Shown: positions 28,123 to 39,235 of the stretch, in pieces
Position numbering within the stretch: the stretch's first letter is position 1
How the letters are laid out: each line of letters opens with the position of its first letter
The notes under the pieces: model-generated
What the model was told of the DNA's origin: nothing
Databases searched by the model: none
What the model saw: only the letters and a program-made list of their open reading frames with translations
Program-made: the position numbers and the translations under genes
Assembly (NCBI GenBank): GCA_051362555.1
Contig: CM120640.1
Span: 27,676,503-27,740,502, forward strand
Origin: Lingula anatina
Lineage: Eukaryota; Animalia; Brachiopoda
Direction: 5' to 3'
Length of the DNA: 64,000 nt

Positions 28123-28285
28123 CGGTGTAACGAAACTGAGGGTCAGTGTAACATAAAGTCCGCCTTTCATTTAGTTATAATGGTTAGGGTTAGCCTGACC
28201 TAAGTGGGTCAAAATCTAGGGTGAGACTTACCTGTACAAATGAATGGGAACTCTAATATGGGGGACTCTCTGTCACGTTACACCG
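28123..28285. mobile_element. Small TIR element (MITE-like) upstream of CYP copy 1
   Basis: TIRs cggtgtaacgaaactgagggtc / gactctctgtcacgttacaccg with an internal gttagggttag motif; duplicate at 40780-40942. Confidence 0.55.
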
Positions 28286-29058
28286 GGTTAAAATCCATAC
28301 AAGATAGATAAAACAGACATTGCACTGCATCAAGCCTTACATGATATATAACTTCGCAAGAGCTAAGTAGGCCTACTAGTATGCCCGGCAAAAGAATTGC
28401 AAAATATTCAACTCTTCAAAAACGGAGATAAATAATAAAACTCGGGGGTTTATTTTCTTCAATATCTCTGGCAGTGAAAATTGTTTTGTCAAAATAAAGA
28501 GAGAGACTGTCGTAACAAACTGACTGATTTAAACTCGGAAGAATAAAAACTCTGGCCTGAAGTGATGAAGTCAAAAGGACAACAATTACTCTTCATTTTT
28601 GACGGGAAAAGTGCCAGAAACGGATTTTCCTGGGGTAAACGACAATGCTCCCATACTAACCTATCGTTAATGAATCCGTTCCGATATTCGAAGATAGTCG
28701 ATTTTATGTTTTTCTCGGCTTTTTTTAAAGAGATTATTACGGAGAGTAGGCATCTATGCAGGCCCACGTGGTCAAGTGTCAAGCACAGATATCAGAATAC
28801 TTGGGATAACCACCGTTTTGGTGGTAAAATGGACTTTATTAGATTTCTATGTGTTGTTTACAATGTGTTTATTGACTTTTGAATCTCAAATGAAGAGCTG
28901 TCATACCTTTTGATAAGGTCATCAAGGCAAATCAAATTTACATGCATTGTGCGTCCGTGTGTAGGCCTGCGGGAGTGCTTAGATATCTTTGCGTCATGCA
29001 AATTTGAAATGAGTTGAACCAAGGAGGGCATCACATTCAGGCAAAACGAAAAGAAAGT

Positions 29059-31062
29059 ATGGCCGATCACGAAGTTTTATACCAAGCGATAGTTACGGCA
29101 CTTATTGTGGTTCTGTTATATTCTATTTTCTTCAGATTATGGAAATGGTACAGCATCTTCAGACTGCTCCCTCCTGGTCCTTGGGGGTGGCCATTTATAG
29201 GATACCTCCCTAAACTTAAGACGAACAGGCACATGGTCCTAACGGAGCTAAGGAAGACGTACGGCGATGTGTATTGCCTGAAAATAGGAGTGCATCGAGC
29301 TGTTGTTCTGAATGGGTTGGAAACCGTTCGCCACGCCTTAGTTCATTTAGGAGAAAACTTTGCAGGTAAGAAAGACACCTGTTGGGTTAGGACCTAGATG
29401 TCCTAGATCATTTCAGTTTTTAAAGATCAAAGGAAACAGTTATGGGTAATTTCATAGTTTACTTGCAAGCTTGCATCTTATATGTGGAATTACAGTCCAA
29501 CTATAAACTGTAAGGTTATTGCTTCAGTAGCCTTACAGAACTTCATTTTAATAAATTTTGATAAATTTTGGAATTCATTCAGAAATCTGATTGGTTGTTT
29601 TGCATAGTGGTCGAACAACAGGAGAAAAAATTGAAACCCCCCATCGCACTACATATAAATATTTGTAATGATTTGCGCTTTTTTCATCGTTACAGCTTTT
29701 CGTGTTGGTTGCAATGTGAAATGCTCTGTCTCTGTAAAAACAATCAACGTAGAATAACGAACTTCTAGATTGACATGCACAGGTCGCTGAAGTGTACTGA
29801 AGAATTGCAATAAACTTGTGTTTTTAAATGCATTTTATTTTTGTAATATTTAAATTTTTATTGCAGGACGGCCGAGTTTTCATACGTTTCAGTTCATTGA
29901 AAACGGTAATAGCATGGCCTTTTGCGATTTTGGTCCTCGTTGGAAAGTGAGAAGAACGATAGCCTTAAATGGACTGCGTGCGTTTTTGAGGGATAAGGTT
30001 CACCCTGTTGAGATTGCAATGGCAGAAGAAGCAGCATATCTGGTAGAAACATTCTTGGGCAATAGTGGAAAGCCTTTCAATCCAGAAAACAGCGTATATC
30101 TTTCACTTGGTTCTATAACATTCGGTTTGTGTTTTTCGGATCACACGTTAGGCCGCAGCGATGCTGACTATCTGAAACTGATAAAAAGCGTCCGCGACTT
30201 TACTCAGAATGTTGCGGCGTGTAATTTGGTTGATATTTTGCCATGGCTTCGATTTTTATGGAAAGACAAACTCAAAAGTTTCATTGACGTTAATAACACA
30301 CTGCAATCCATTCTAAGGCGACAAGAGAGAGAGCACCTCGCAACTTTCGAGGAAGGTCACATGCGGGACATATTGGATTCCTTCATTAAAACTTGCCGTG
30401 AAATGAACGAAGAAATTAAACAAGAAGTGCAACTCAAAGACGAGCATATAACTAACATAGCTGCAGATTTTCTTCGTGCAGGAACTGTCACTGTGTCGGC
30501 GACGCTAACATGGGCTCTGCTCTTCATGATAACATATCCCAAAATACAAGAACGTCTGCAAAAAGAAGTCGATGACGTCATTGGTCCAGGGCGAAATCCA
30601 CGATTAGATGACATGGGGTCTTTACCGTATACAGAGGCGTTCATCTTAGAGACGCTGAGGAAATCCTCAATTTCTCCTCTGTCTTTGCCCCACGCTACCA
30701 CCAAAGACACTATTCTGTATGGGTATCATATCCCCAGGGGCACTTGGGTGATCCCTAATTTGTTTTCGATAAGCCACGATGAAAAAGTTTGGACGGACCC
30801 CCATGTTTTTAGACCAGAACGCTTCTTAACGCCAGAGAACACTGTGGATGAGACTCTCGCCAAGAGTTTCCTTCCCTTTAGTGCCGGCAAACGGCGTTGT
30901 TTAGGGGAATTACAGGCGCGCTGGGAACTTTTTCTTTTTGTCGCAACTGTCGTTCAACGTTGTCACTTTGAGAGAGTGCCCGGAGAAAAGTATGACTTGA
31001 CTCCTGAATTCGGACTGGTTCTGCATCCAAAACATTTTAATATCATAGCCAAATCGCGTTAG
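29059..31062 (+). CDS. Cytochrome P450, clan 2, CYP1-like (copy 1), 500 aa, 2 exons
   Basis: Exons 29059-29365 and 29867-31062. N-terminal TM anchor, PPGPWGWPFIG hinge, FAGRP, WxxxR (WKVRR), K-helix ETLR, FRPERF, heme motif FSAGKRRCLGE. Confidence 0.95.
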
Positions 31063-31664
31063 TTCGACGCCTTAAATTACCGTGCTATTGAGACAATGAA
31101 GGCGCTCTATTTTACTTGGGTATATTTTACTTTTCCCTATTGAGTAACTAGATAAATGAAATGCTTACAAATGCCCTATGGTGTTAAAACACGTAATAGG
31201 CCTATTATTTTAATAATAAAATCTTAATCTAAAATTTTATCTTAAAAGAGATATCATAGAAATATTCAACATAGCATGTGGCCTATACATTGTGTACAGT
31301 ACTTTAGTTAAAATACTATGTGGCCATGCAGGTTTTTGAGTAGCATAATAAAGGCTTGGTCAAGCAACATCCCAAAGATAGTTTATGCGACTATTCATAC
31401 CTATCTATATTATTTGTGAATATCAACATGAAAAAGCACTTAAATACTATATTTTACAAAATTAAAACAAGTTTATCTCGCATAAAACACATAATAATTT
31501 TCACATTCATTGTAACATGTTGCTTGGAGTAATAAAAACATAAATGTGCTAGTAGCAGAAAAAAACGAAAAGTAAAAGACTTAATTAAGAGGAACATTTT
31601 TTCATTTGAGTTTTAAGCACTTGAGAAGGTCACATACGTTGTACATAGAGCTTTTCTTTACTTA

Positions 31665-31666
<2 letters not shown>

Positions 31667-31698
<32 letters not shown>
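31667..31698. repeat. (GT)n microsatellite
   Basis: gtgtgt... run; paralog at ~44268-44297. Confidence 0.9.
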
Positions 31699-31703
<5 letters not shown>

Positions 31704-32613
31704 TGTGTTTTCACTATATGAGGCACATATGTTTTCAATCACGTTTATCTGCCACTCTGAAGAAGATTCTATTTTACAATGATAAGTTGTGGTGTCCTCT
31801 CTAAAATAGGGTGTCACAATTACAGTTTACAACACCACATTTTTATACATACGTGTCCCTTGGCAGACTACCTGTAATATGAGGCGTGACTTGTGTAATG
31901 TTGGTTCAATCTGGTCAAAATCGGGACCTGAACTTCAAGTGTATCACAGCATACTTTGCATTTAGGTCTACAGCCTTTGAAATGAATATTGTTAACGATG
32001 TTAAATTATGGGTGGTAGCTTGGATTGGGAATAAAAGCTGCCACAGACTGAATAATGCATTGCGTTTTCGCATGCGACAGGGTAAAATGAATTATAATTT
32101 ATCACTGGGGGATCAAGAGGTTGAGGTTGTGCATGTAAGCACAACACCTCCATATTTCATATTGCATAACAAACACCGTCTCTTTTCCGTTCTTGGCATC
32201 TTGGATCCATCTCTGTCTAATAACATAAGAAATATATCTATGAGGTCATATGCTAATGCTGAAAGGGTTTGCAAATTTGCATGTAGTTTTTGCTTCAAGC
32301 GATAGGTAGCGACTGTTGTCACATTCCATGACTTTACAGAGAAGTAGAAGAAGGCTATTTACGCTTCTGGTGATTCTGAAAAAAATGTTTGGGAGTTCTA
32401 CTTGTTCACTGGACATTTTTTGTTATTTTTTGTCCTGGTGTTTTTCTTTTAACTGTTTAATCTCCCATACTGACGTTCTTGCGTCTTAATGTCTATTCCT
32501 GCAAAATTCACGCTATTTGAACAAAATCGCATTTACACATACCTCAGTAACGGTGTAATTTCACCTTTACTATTGTATAAAAACACATTGTATAAAAAGC
32601 GGTCATAAACTGA

Positions 32614-32871
32614 GGCTTCGTTCACATGCAATGTCTATTTTCTAAATTCTATTTTCTATTTGCGGTATGTCTTATGATCACGGTCTGTGGCCTGAATATC
32701 CCGCGGCGTAATTACTGGCAGCGCGAGCCAGTTACTATAATATTACTATAAGTAACTGGCTCGCGCTGCCAGTAATTACGCGGCGGGATATTCAGGGCAC
32801 AGACCGTGATCATAAGATAGCGCAAATAGAAAATAGAAATTAGAAAATAGACATTGCATGTGAACGAAGCC
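32614..32871. mobile_element. Fold-back (almost fully palindromic) PIF/Harbinger-like MITE, unit 1 only
   Basis: ggcttcgttcacatgcaatgtcta...tagacattgcatgtgaacgaagcc; ~120-bp arms with a ~15-nt loop; flanks TGA/TAA; empty site aaac-tga-aaccga at ~45189-45201. Confidence 0.9.
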
Positions 32872-33996
32872 TAAAACCGAATTGCAGACGGAGATGAAGC
32901 AAGAGAACGTACCGTACACGTGAGATGGAGAGTATTTTTTTAGGTAGGCACATTGTGGTTGCTGCGCTTTCTAACACAATTTCGATGGAATGAAAAGCAA
33001 GAACTCAGAGGACGTCGCAAACGTCTTTGTGACCAAGACCAGTGTTTATTCCGTGTATTACCTGAGAAATCGATTGTGCTAGGGGTGAAAGAATGCGTAA
33101 ATTTGTTCTTAATTTTCCCTTCAGTGGCGCTGTCATAAATTTCAACGTAAACGCTACTTTGTTAGAAAATATCTCTTAAAAATGGAACTACTATTTATAG
33201 TAATTAAGCCAGTGGAATTAAAACTATAGGGACCTTTCTGCTTTTACGAAAGAGATTTTTTATGTCTTAACATTCTGTGAGCTTCTTATCTCTTTAAATT
33301 CAGAATTTAAAATTATACAAACCTCCAATTAAGGTCCCTGATGTCGATAGGTACACAAAATATCAAGCCCAAGTGCAGGAAAGAGTCGAATAGTTTGTGA
33401 GTAGGAAGACATTGCTTTTTTTTATCGAAGAAAATTAGATTTGGGCGAAAATCTTACATAGCCTTCATCTGTAGAATTCATTGAACTATGTACTAGCTGA
33501 TGCAAATATCTTCATGTTTTTCAGTCGCAGTCTTGCAAGAAAATCCAAAACATTACACAATTGTTTTTAAATTAATGTTAACGAAGCTACCACTAAATTT
33601 CCGAGATGTTGTTTAGTAGGTTATCTGTAATTGGTCCCTACTTTTTCGACCATTTTGAATAAATATACTTTTTGTCAGCATAACTCTAAGCCCTTTTTAT
33701 TTAATGCTTTATTACATATCAAAATGCTAAACTAAAACATTAACATTGACAAAGTAGCCACTTTGAAATTGATGGCGTTATTTTGTGTCTCACTGACTTT
33801 AAATTAGAACGGTCGAACGGTCATCAGCAGGCAGTACGTCTTTACTATTGTAATGAGGAATGTTTAATTTTAATTATAGCAAGAGTAATAATTATTAATC
33901 TTTTATTATCATTTTAGCAGCCTGCGGGCGGGTGAGCAATTGCTTTCTCACAGTCCATCAGAATTCTCTTACTTTTCCTCAGTCAGCGTCAACATT

Positions 33997-35246
33997 TCAA
34001 ATATACGGCAAAGCATAGTTTGATTTGGGCTTAATCTCCTTCACCTGAAAATGAACTTTACTTTTTCTTTTCTCGATAACAAATCTTTCTGGCCGATACT
34101 TGGGAAGGTAGGACATTCCTGACGACGCAGCCGACGTCAAGTCACTTCTCCGATACGGTCTCTCCACCCGCTGTTTTGGTGCGTAACGGTACGAGTTTCT
34201 ATACGTGGGTAAATGGTCGCGTGTCACAGGTTTACAATATATACAGTGCGTTTTATAACTTTCAGCGAGAATGTGGCCCAAATTTGGTGCTACTAAACTC
34301 CTCGGTGTCGCATCCACGGGCGGGAAAGCATAATTCTGCACTTTCCTTGCAAGAGCTCGATTCGTTTTTTCGATGCAATAAGAGCAAGAACTTGGCCCAA
34401 GAACATCGCAAAACGCCTGGGAAAATGTCGCATTTCGATTCCTTGCACCTCCGCATCTCGTAGGTTCGTAATTTCTAGGATGTGTCTGTACAAAAGAAGG
34501 AGTCCTTTTGCCAATGAATTCGTCGATAGTTTCCTGAGTAGGAGTCACGACGCGATCCTTCCACCTTGCTGTATAATTTGGCACACCGTAAGGGACTAGT
34601 TCAGCCTGAGCAGGCCTCTTCAGTTTTTGTATTAACTGATGGGGAAGACGATGCTTTGAGGCGGACTGCAGTCTGGATCGCAAGATCATCTCCTTTTCAA
34701 CTTTTGCGTCTAAGTTTTTGGGTAACTGGCCTTCCCCAGTCGACGTATCCCAGTCTTCTTGGATCATTTCAATTGCCTCTAATGCGTCTGAACTGCAACA
34801 GAGAGAAGCGCCATTTCCGTACAGTGTGCTTAATGCAGGATGCGTCTATTGATTTTAGAAATGTTCAATTTTGTAGAAACCTTTTTGCATAATTGCTTAG
34901 CCTAATGAAATCGAATAGCATAATTGTTTATTCATTAGCTTAGCGTGTTATTTCCTAAACAAAAGTTAAGGTAATCATTTTTACTTTACAGCTAAATTCT
35001 TAAAGAGTAACTTTTCAATTTTTTTAAAAGCGCTTCTTACCTAACCAGCGACAGCAAAGATTTCGCTCTACGGTAAGGTTCCAATCGACTAGGATCAACA
35101 CCGGAATTTCTTCGTAACTTTCTGATTATCTGTCCTTCGACTAAAAGAGTGTTCTCTCTGGTAGGAGGATTCGAAGCGGATGATGCTATAGAGAAGTAAT
35201 CACTGGTGGGAGAGCTCGCATTATCACCCACGCTGAAAGCGGTCAT
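33997..35246 (-). CDS. Uncharacterised basic protein (orphan gene, copy 1; 333 aa; native promoter and upstream exons removed by the duplication junction)
   Basis: Exons 35041-35246 (MTAFSVGDN...LSLV) and 33997-34792 (SSDALEAIEMIQEDW...YALPYI*) join in frame across a phase-2 GT-AG intron. Differences from copy 2 are almost all synonymous. Confidence 0.7.
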
Positions 35247-35449
35247 CCTGACCCATTTTTACATACATATTTTAATAACGGCCCTTCATACTAATGGAGA
35301 TCAATTTTTTCAAGCCTCTTAAATCATATACATAATTCATATTTATAAATTGTTCTACATAATGTTGCCAAATGACCAAACTGCTTCTCGTGAGATTTAA
35401 AATGGGGTCGCTTCTGGTGATGTTAGTGAGACTGTTTAAGCTAAACCAG

Positions 35450-35585
35450 GGCCCTGTAACTCGAAAGCATCACGCACTGCGACCAAGCGCAAGCATCTTG
35501 ATTCCATAACTCGCCCATATAATACATTGTAGCCTCTATGTGATATCGCTATTTGCAATACGCGATGCTTTCGAGTTATGGGGCC
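35450..35585. mobile_element. 136-bp MITE, unit 2 only
   Basis: 22-bp TIRs ggccctgtaactcgaaagcatc / gatgctttcgagttatggggcc; absent at the paralogous site ~23155-23166 (aaaccaggtctt). Confidence 0.85.
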
Positions 35586-35699
35586 GTCTTAACATACCCA
35601 TTCTACAGACATTTGTCCTACTGAGGCATCACCATCAAATAACTTGGGACAACCTAATCCATATTCATCACTTAATTCTAATGTCAGCAAGCAATTTAC

Positions 35700-37288
35700 C
35701 TTCATGTGCTTGGCAAATAGTTTAGCCACTTTACACTTTTCTTTGAATGTTTTCTGTATTTCTCTGTAATTGACATAATGGAGAAACAACTGAAAACCAT
35801 TATAATCGAATTGGTCTGAAATTTTATCTAAAATTGTAAAAAAAAGTAAAAATTATCTATTTTTTCTAATTAGACATATTCATATAAATAACCTTTTTTT
35901 ATTCCATGCAATAATTCATCACAGGTAAGAGATGGGATGTTTTAAGTAAGTAAAAATTATCTATTTTTTCTAATTAGACATATTCACATAAAAAACTTCT
36001 TTTTATTACATGCAATAATTAATCACAGGTAATAGATGGGATGTTTTAATAGCAATCCCATTATACAACTACTTTGTGGGAAAAAAAAAATCAAAGGCCA
36101 CCTTTCAGATCTGCTATCCTTTAAGTGAAACACAAAAACAAACAAACATGTTAAATCAAGTGCTTCTGCCCTGAGCTTTCCTGCCTGATTTGATTAACTG
36201 GATGAAAGAGCAGTTTTGCCGCAGTAAAGTTAACTGACCTGTTGAGGTGAACTGCCCTGGATGCGGCACTACAAATAACCAGCACTAGAGGTGCTCCATT
36301 CTCCTGCTTCTGGACTTTCACCAAACGCTTCCACTTGGGGAGAACCTGTCTCATATAGTCAGCCACCTGGCAGTTCAAGGATGCACATTTCATAAAATGA
36401 CTGTCTAGAATAAGAAAAAAAAATAGGTTCATTGATCAGAAACCATCTATGGCAACAAGAAGGCAAATGTCTCTTACAAAAGACAAGGCTAGGCTTACTG
36501 TTTTTCCAATTCTTTAAGGTGAACGCAAATGATTACAAATAACATTTTATACATATTGTTTACCCATTGGAGAAAATATTTGTTTAATATTTTATTTTAT
36601 ATATATGTACTTTTTAAATTGTTATTGTAGTCTAACTAATGCTGTTATAGAATGGAATTTATTATTAATAGGTCAAAACTGTCGTGTGTTTGAATAAATA
36701 AACAAAATTAAAAATATAATTTATTTGAATTTGGAAACGTGTGATAAATTTAAGATTTTTTATGTCAGTTATTCTTTGTTTGGTAGTACAACAGTCATCA
36801 CAACTAGAGGGTCTCTTTTTTTCAGCTAAACGCATTCTAAAGCATGCCTGAACGACATTATCATCAAGGTGCAATTTCTCTTCTGCTTCTCTCAATGTCA
36901 TTGTTTTATAAAAAGAACAACCAGAACAAACATAACAAGACTAACCACAATTTGAATTTTGTATAATAAAACAACAACCGATACATAATATACTAGAGAA
37001 TTAGAGTGTGTGAAAGTTTTCTCTAAAAATCACCACCAATTTAAAACTTAAGAAGTTCAACTTTTGCTTATAACAATTATATGCATTCAAATATTTTCGC
37101 ACTGAGACAAAAGTTCAGAGATAAAGATAAATATTCCTCACCATCAAGCTGCACTTCATCCATTTCCACTGCTGATAATTTGCCTTGAAAATGTTTCTGA
37201 ACTGAATCTATAAAGTCTGAACATGTTACTGCTTCAGGCTTCTGCTCAGCAAGGACTTGGCTCAGGGTTTTCTGTTATCAAAACATAA

Positions 37289-37336
<48 letters not shown>

Positions 37337-39235
37337 ATTTCTGGTGCCAAAAAGCTACATCAGTGTAAAAAACAGATGACAGTTACATAATACATAGCAT
37401 ATAAATGAAAAATTGGAAAATAAAAAAGATTGATCGATGAGATCAAACAGAGCCATTTAGCAATGATAAAGGTCACTGGTAATGATATAAAGCTTTCAGA
37501 TATGGCTTTCACGGATAAAAGTATAAGTTTAACTGACTACATAAAAGGGTTTGGTGACTGTTGGAGCATTTCAAGTTTCAAATGTTTTAACAGGTAAGTT
37601 ACATGCTAATCCTTCAAAATATTACTTTCTTGCAAAAATATTGTTTCCCCTTCCAATCCATCCCCCTCTTCCTCACCTCCATTCCACCCATTAGTATTCA
37701 CATTGTTTTACTACAAATGAAGTATACAGCTGTATTCTGTGTATAACTAACTGTGTTCATCATGTTTTCAATTTACATGTGAAAATTAGACTGAAGTGCA
37801 AACACTCACTTTCTTGTTCTTTCTTTTTGACTTTTTATTTTGTGGAGTGTCAATTTCACTATCATGTCCCTCAAATTTTCTTTTCTTTTCTAGTGGAGAA
37901 GAAATGTCTTCTTTTTCCTCTTCAACTTCACCCTAAAAAAGCAAAGTTTGTTAAGTACTACAGGTAACATGGACTCTGAAAAACTAGCAAGTGATTCAAT
38001 TCCAAAACTGTGCAAAAAAAAAAAAAAAAAAAAAAAAAAAACAATAATTAATTGATTTTCGAAAGCAACCAGCTTCTTTACCAAACAAAGCCACTCAGTA
38101 AATTTAAAATAAAACAAAAATATGGTTTAGAAGTTATGGGGCGAATGTCATGTGTTGGACAGCGACAGCGATGTATGAACAGACAGACCAATCAGAATAT
38201 ATACAGACACTTACAGTGTCACTCATATTTACACTTACAGTGTCTGTATATAAAAATGGAATAAAACAGAGTCCAAGTGCTTAACAGGTCGATCAATGAT
38301 TCCCGAGTTGGAGAAAATTGTCTTTTTCCTGAGAAAAATTCCTTTTTGGTGAGTAAATCCTGTATAAAATGTCTTTGAGGTTATGTGTTCTGTTACCCAA
38401 TGTCTGGCATGAAATTCGTGCATTACCACTCATATTTACAGTTTCTGAAATGTATTCTGTGCTAACAGATAAAAGCAAAGATCTCAAAAAGTGTAAAATG
38501 ATGACCAGCACAGCCAGTACATATCAGAATCGTCAATAGGAGTGCTAACGCATGAATTTTCGTGCTAGTGCATCCACTGTGATGTGGGAGCTCTCAAATT
38601 CGCTCCTGTAAAGGCCAACTAGTTTTTCTCGTCAACAGAGCCAGGTAAGGTGAGACCCATCTGCTTGTCTACCAGCTACAGTGTAGGTGGCTGTCAAATC
38701 ATACACAGGCGCTCTGGAGCAACAAACTACTTAATTCTTGATGGGAGTAGACATGCAAACTGGTTATCATTTTACACTTTATGAGGGCTTCGTTTTCATG
38801 TGCACCCCACCAAAATATCATACTTTTTCTGGATACAAATTATATGAATAATTTTATAACAAGAAATTTTATATATACCCATGCATTTTTAAGCCTGATT
38901 TTGGGTAAAACAAATATCATACATTGGCACTCCTATTTAAGTATCTGTATGCTATAGGACAGTGTGGCCGATCTTTCTGACACAATTCCGTTCAGATTTT
39001 TGATCTTATAAGCTGGACAGATCTACGTTTTTACCTGCACTAAGTACACGTACCGTGACTTAGGCAATGGTCAAATATGATTTAAAATTAATAATTAAAA
39101 GAAAAAAATCAAGTAAGTCAGATACTTATCCTCACATCATTGTCAAATAATCACAAAGACCTAAAATAAAGTAATGAAAGTAATTACGGGAATTACCCTC
39201 TCTATCCACCACTCATCATCTAAGCTATCGACCAT
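35700..39235 (-). pseudogene. CMSS1: 3'-truncated CMSS1 duplicate (promoter plus exons 1-5, open frame; exons 6-7 missing)
   Basis: Exons 39197-39235, 37810-37932, ~37142-37271, ~36239-36404, ~35700-35763 with intact splice sites; intron 5 is cut at the 35251 junction. Confidence 0.85.
37287..37335. repeat. (AAAT)n microsatellite expanded in unit 2 only
   Basis: About 11 aaat units versus a short aatgaataaataat at ~24838-24853. Confidence 0.9.

Larger units (their letters stand above)
22953..35252. repeat. Tandem segmental duplication, unit 1 (~12.3 kb)
   Basis: Colinear with 35251-51289: CMSS1 exons 1-5, intergenic DNA, CYP gene, orphan gene. Confidence 0.95.

Noticed and set aside
28489-28882. 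ORFs of ~100 aa upstream of the CYP, repeated at 41073-41568
   Set aside because: Single-base indels between the copies change their frames and ends; no homology; identity reflects the duplication.
31886-32322. 139-aa and 69-aa ORFs downstream of CYP copy 1
   Set aside because: Disrupted differently in unit 2 (44485-44914); no recognisable protein.
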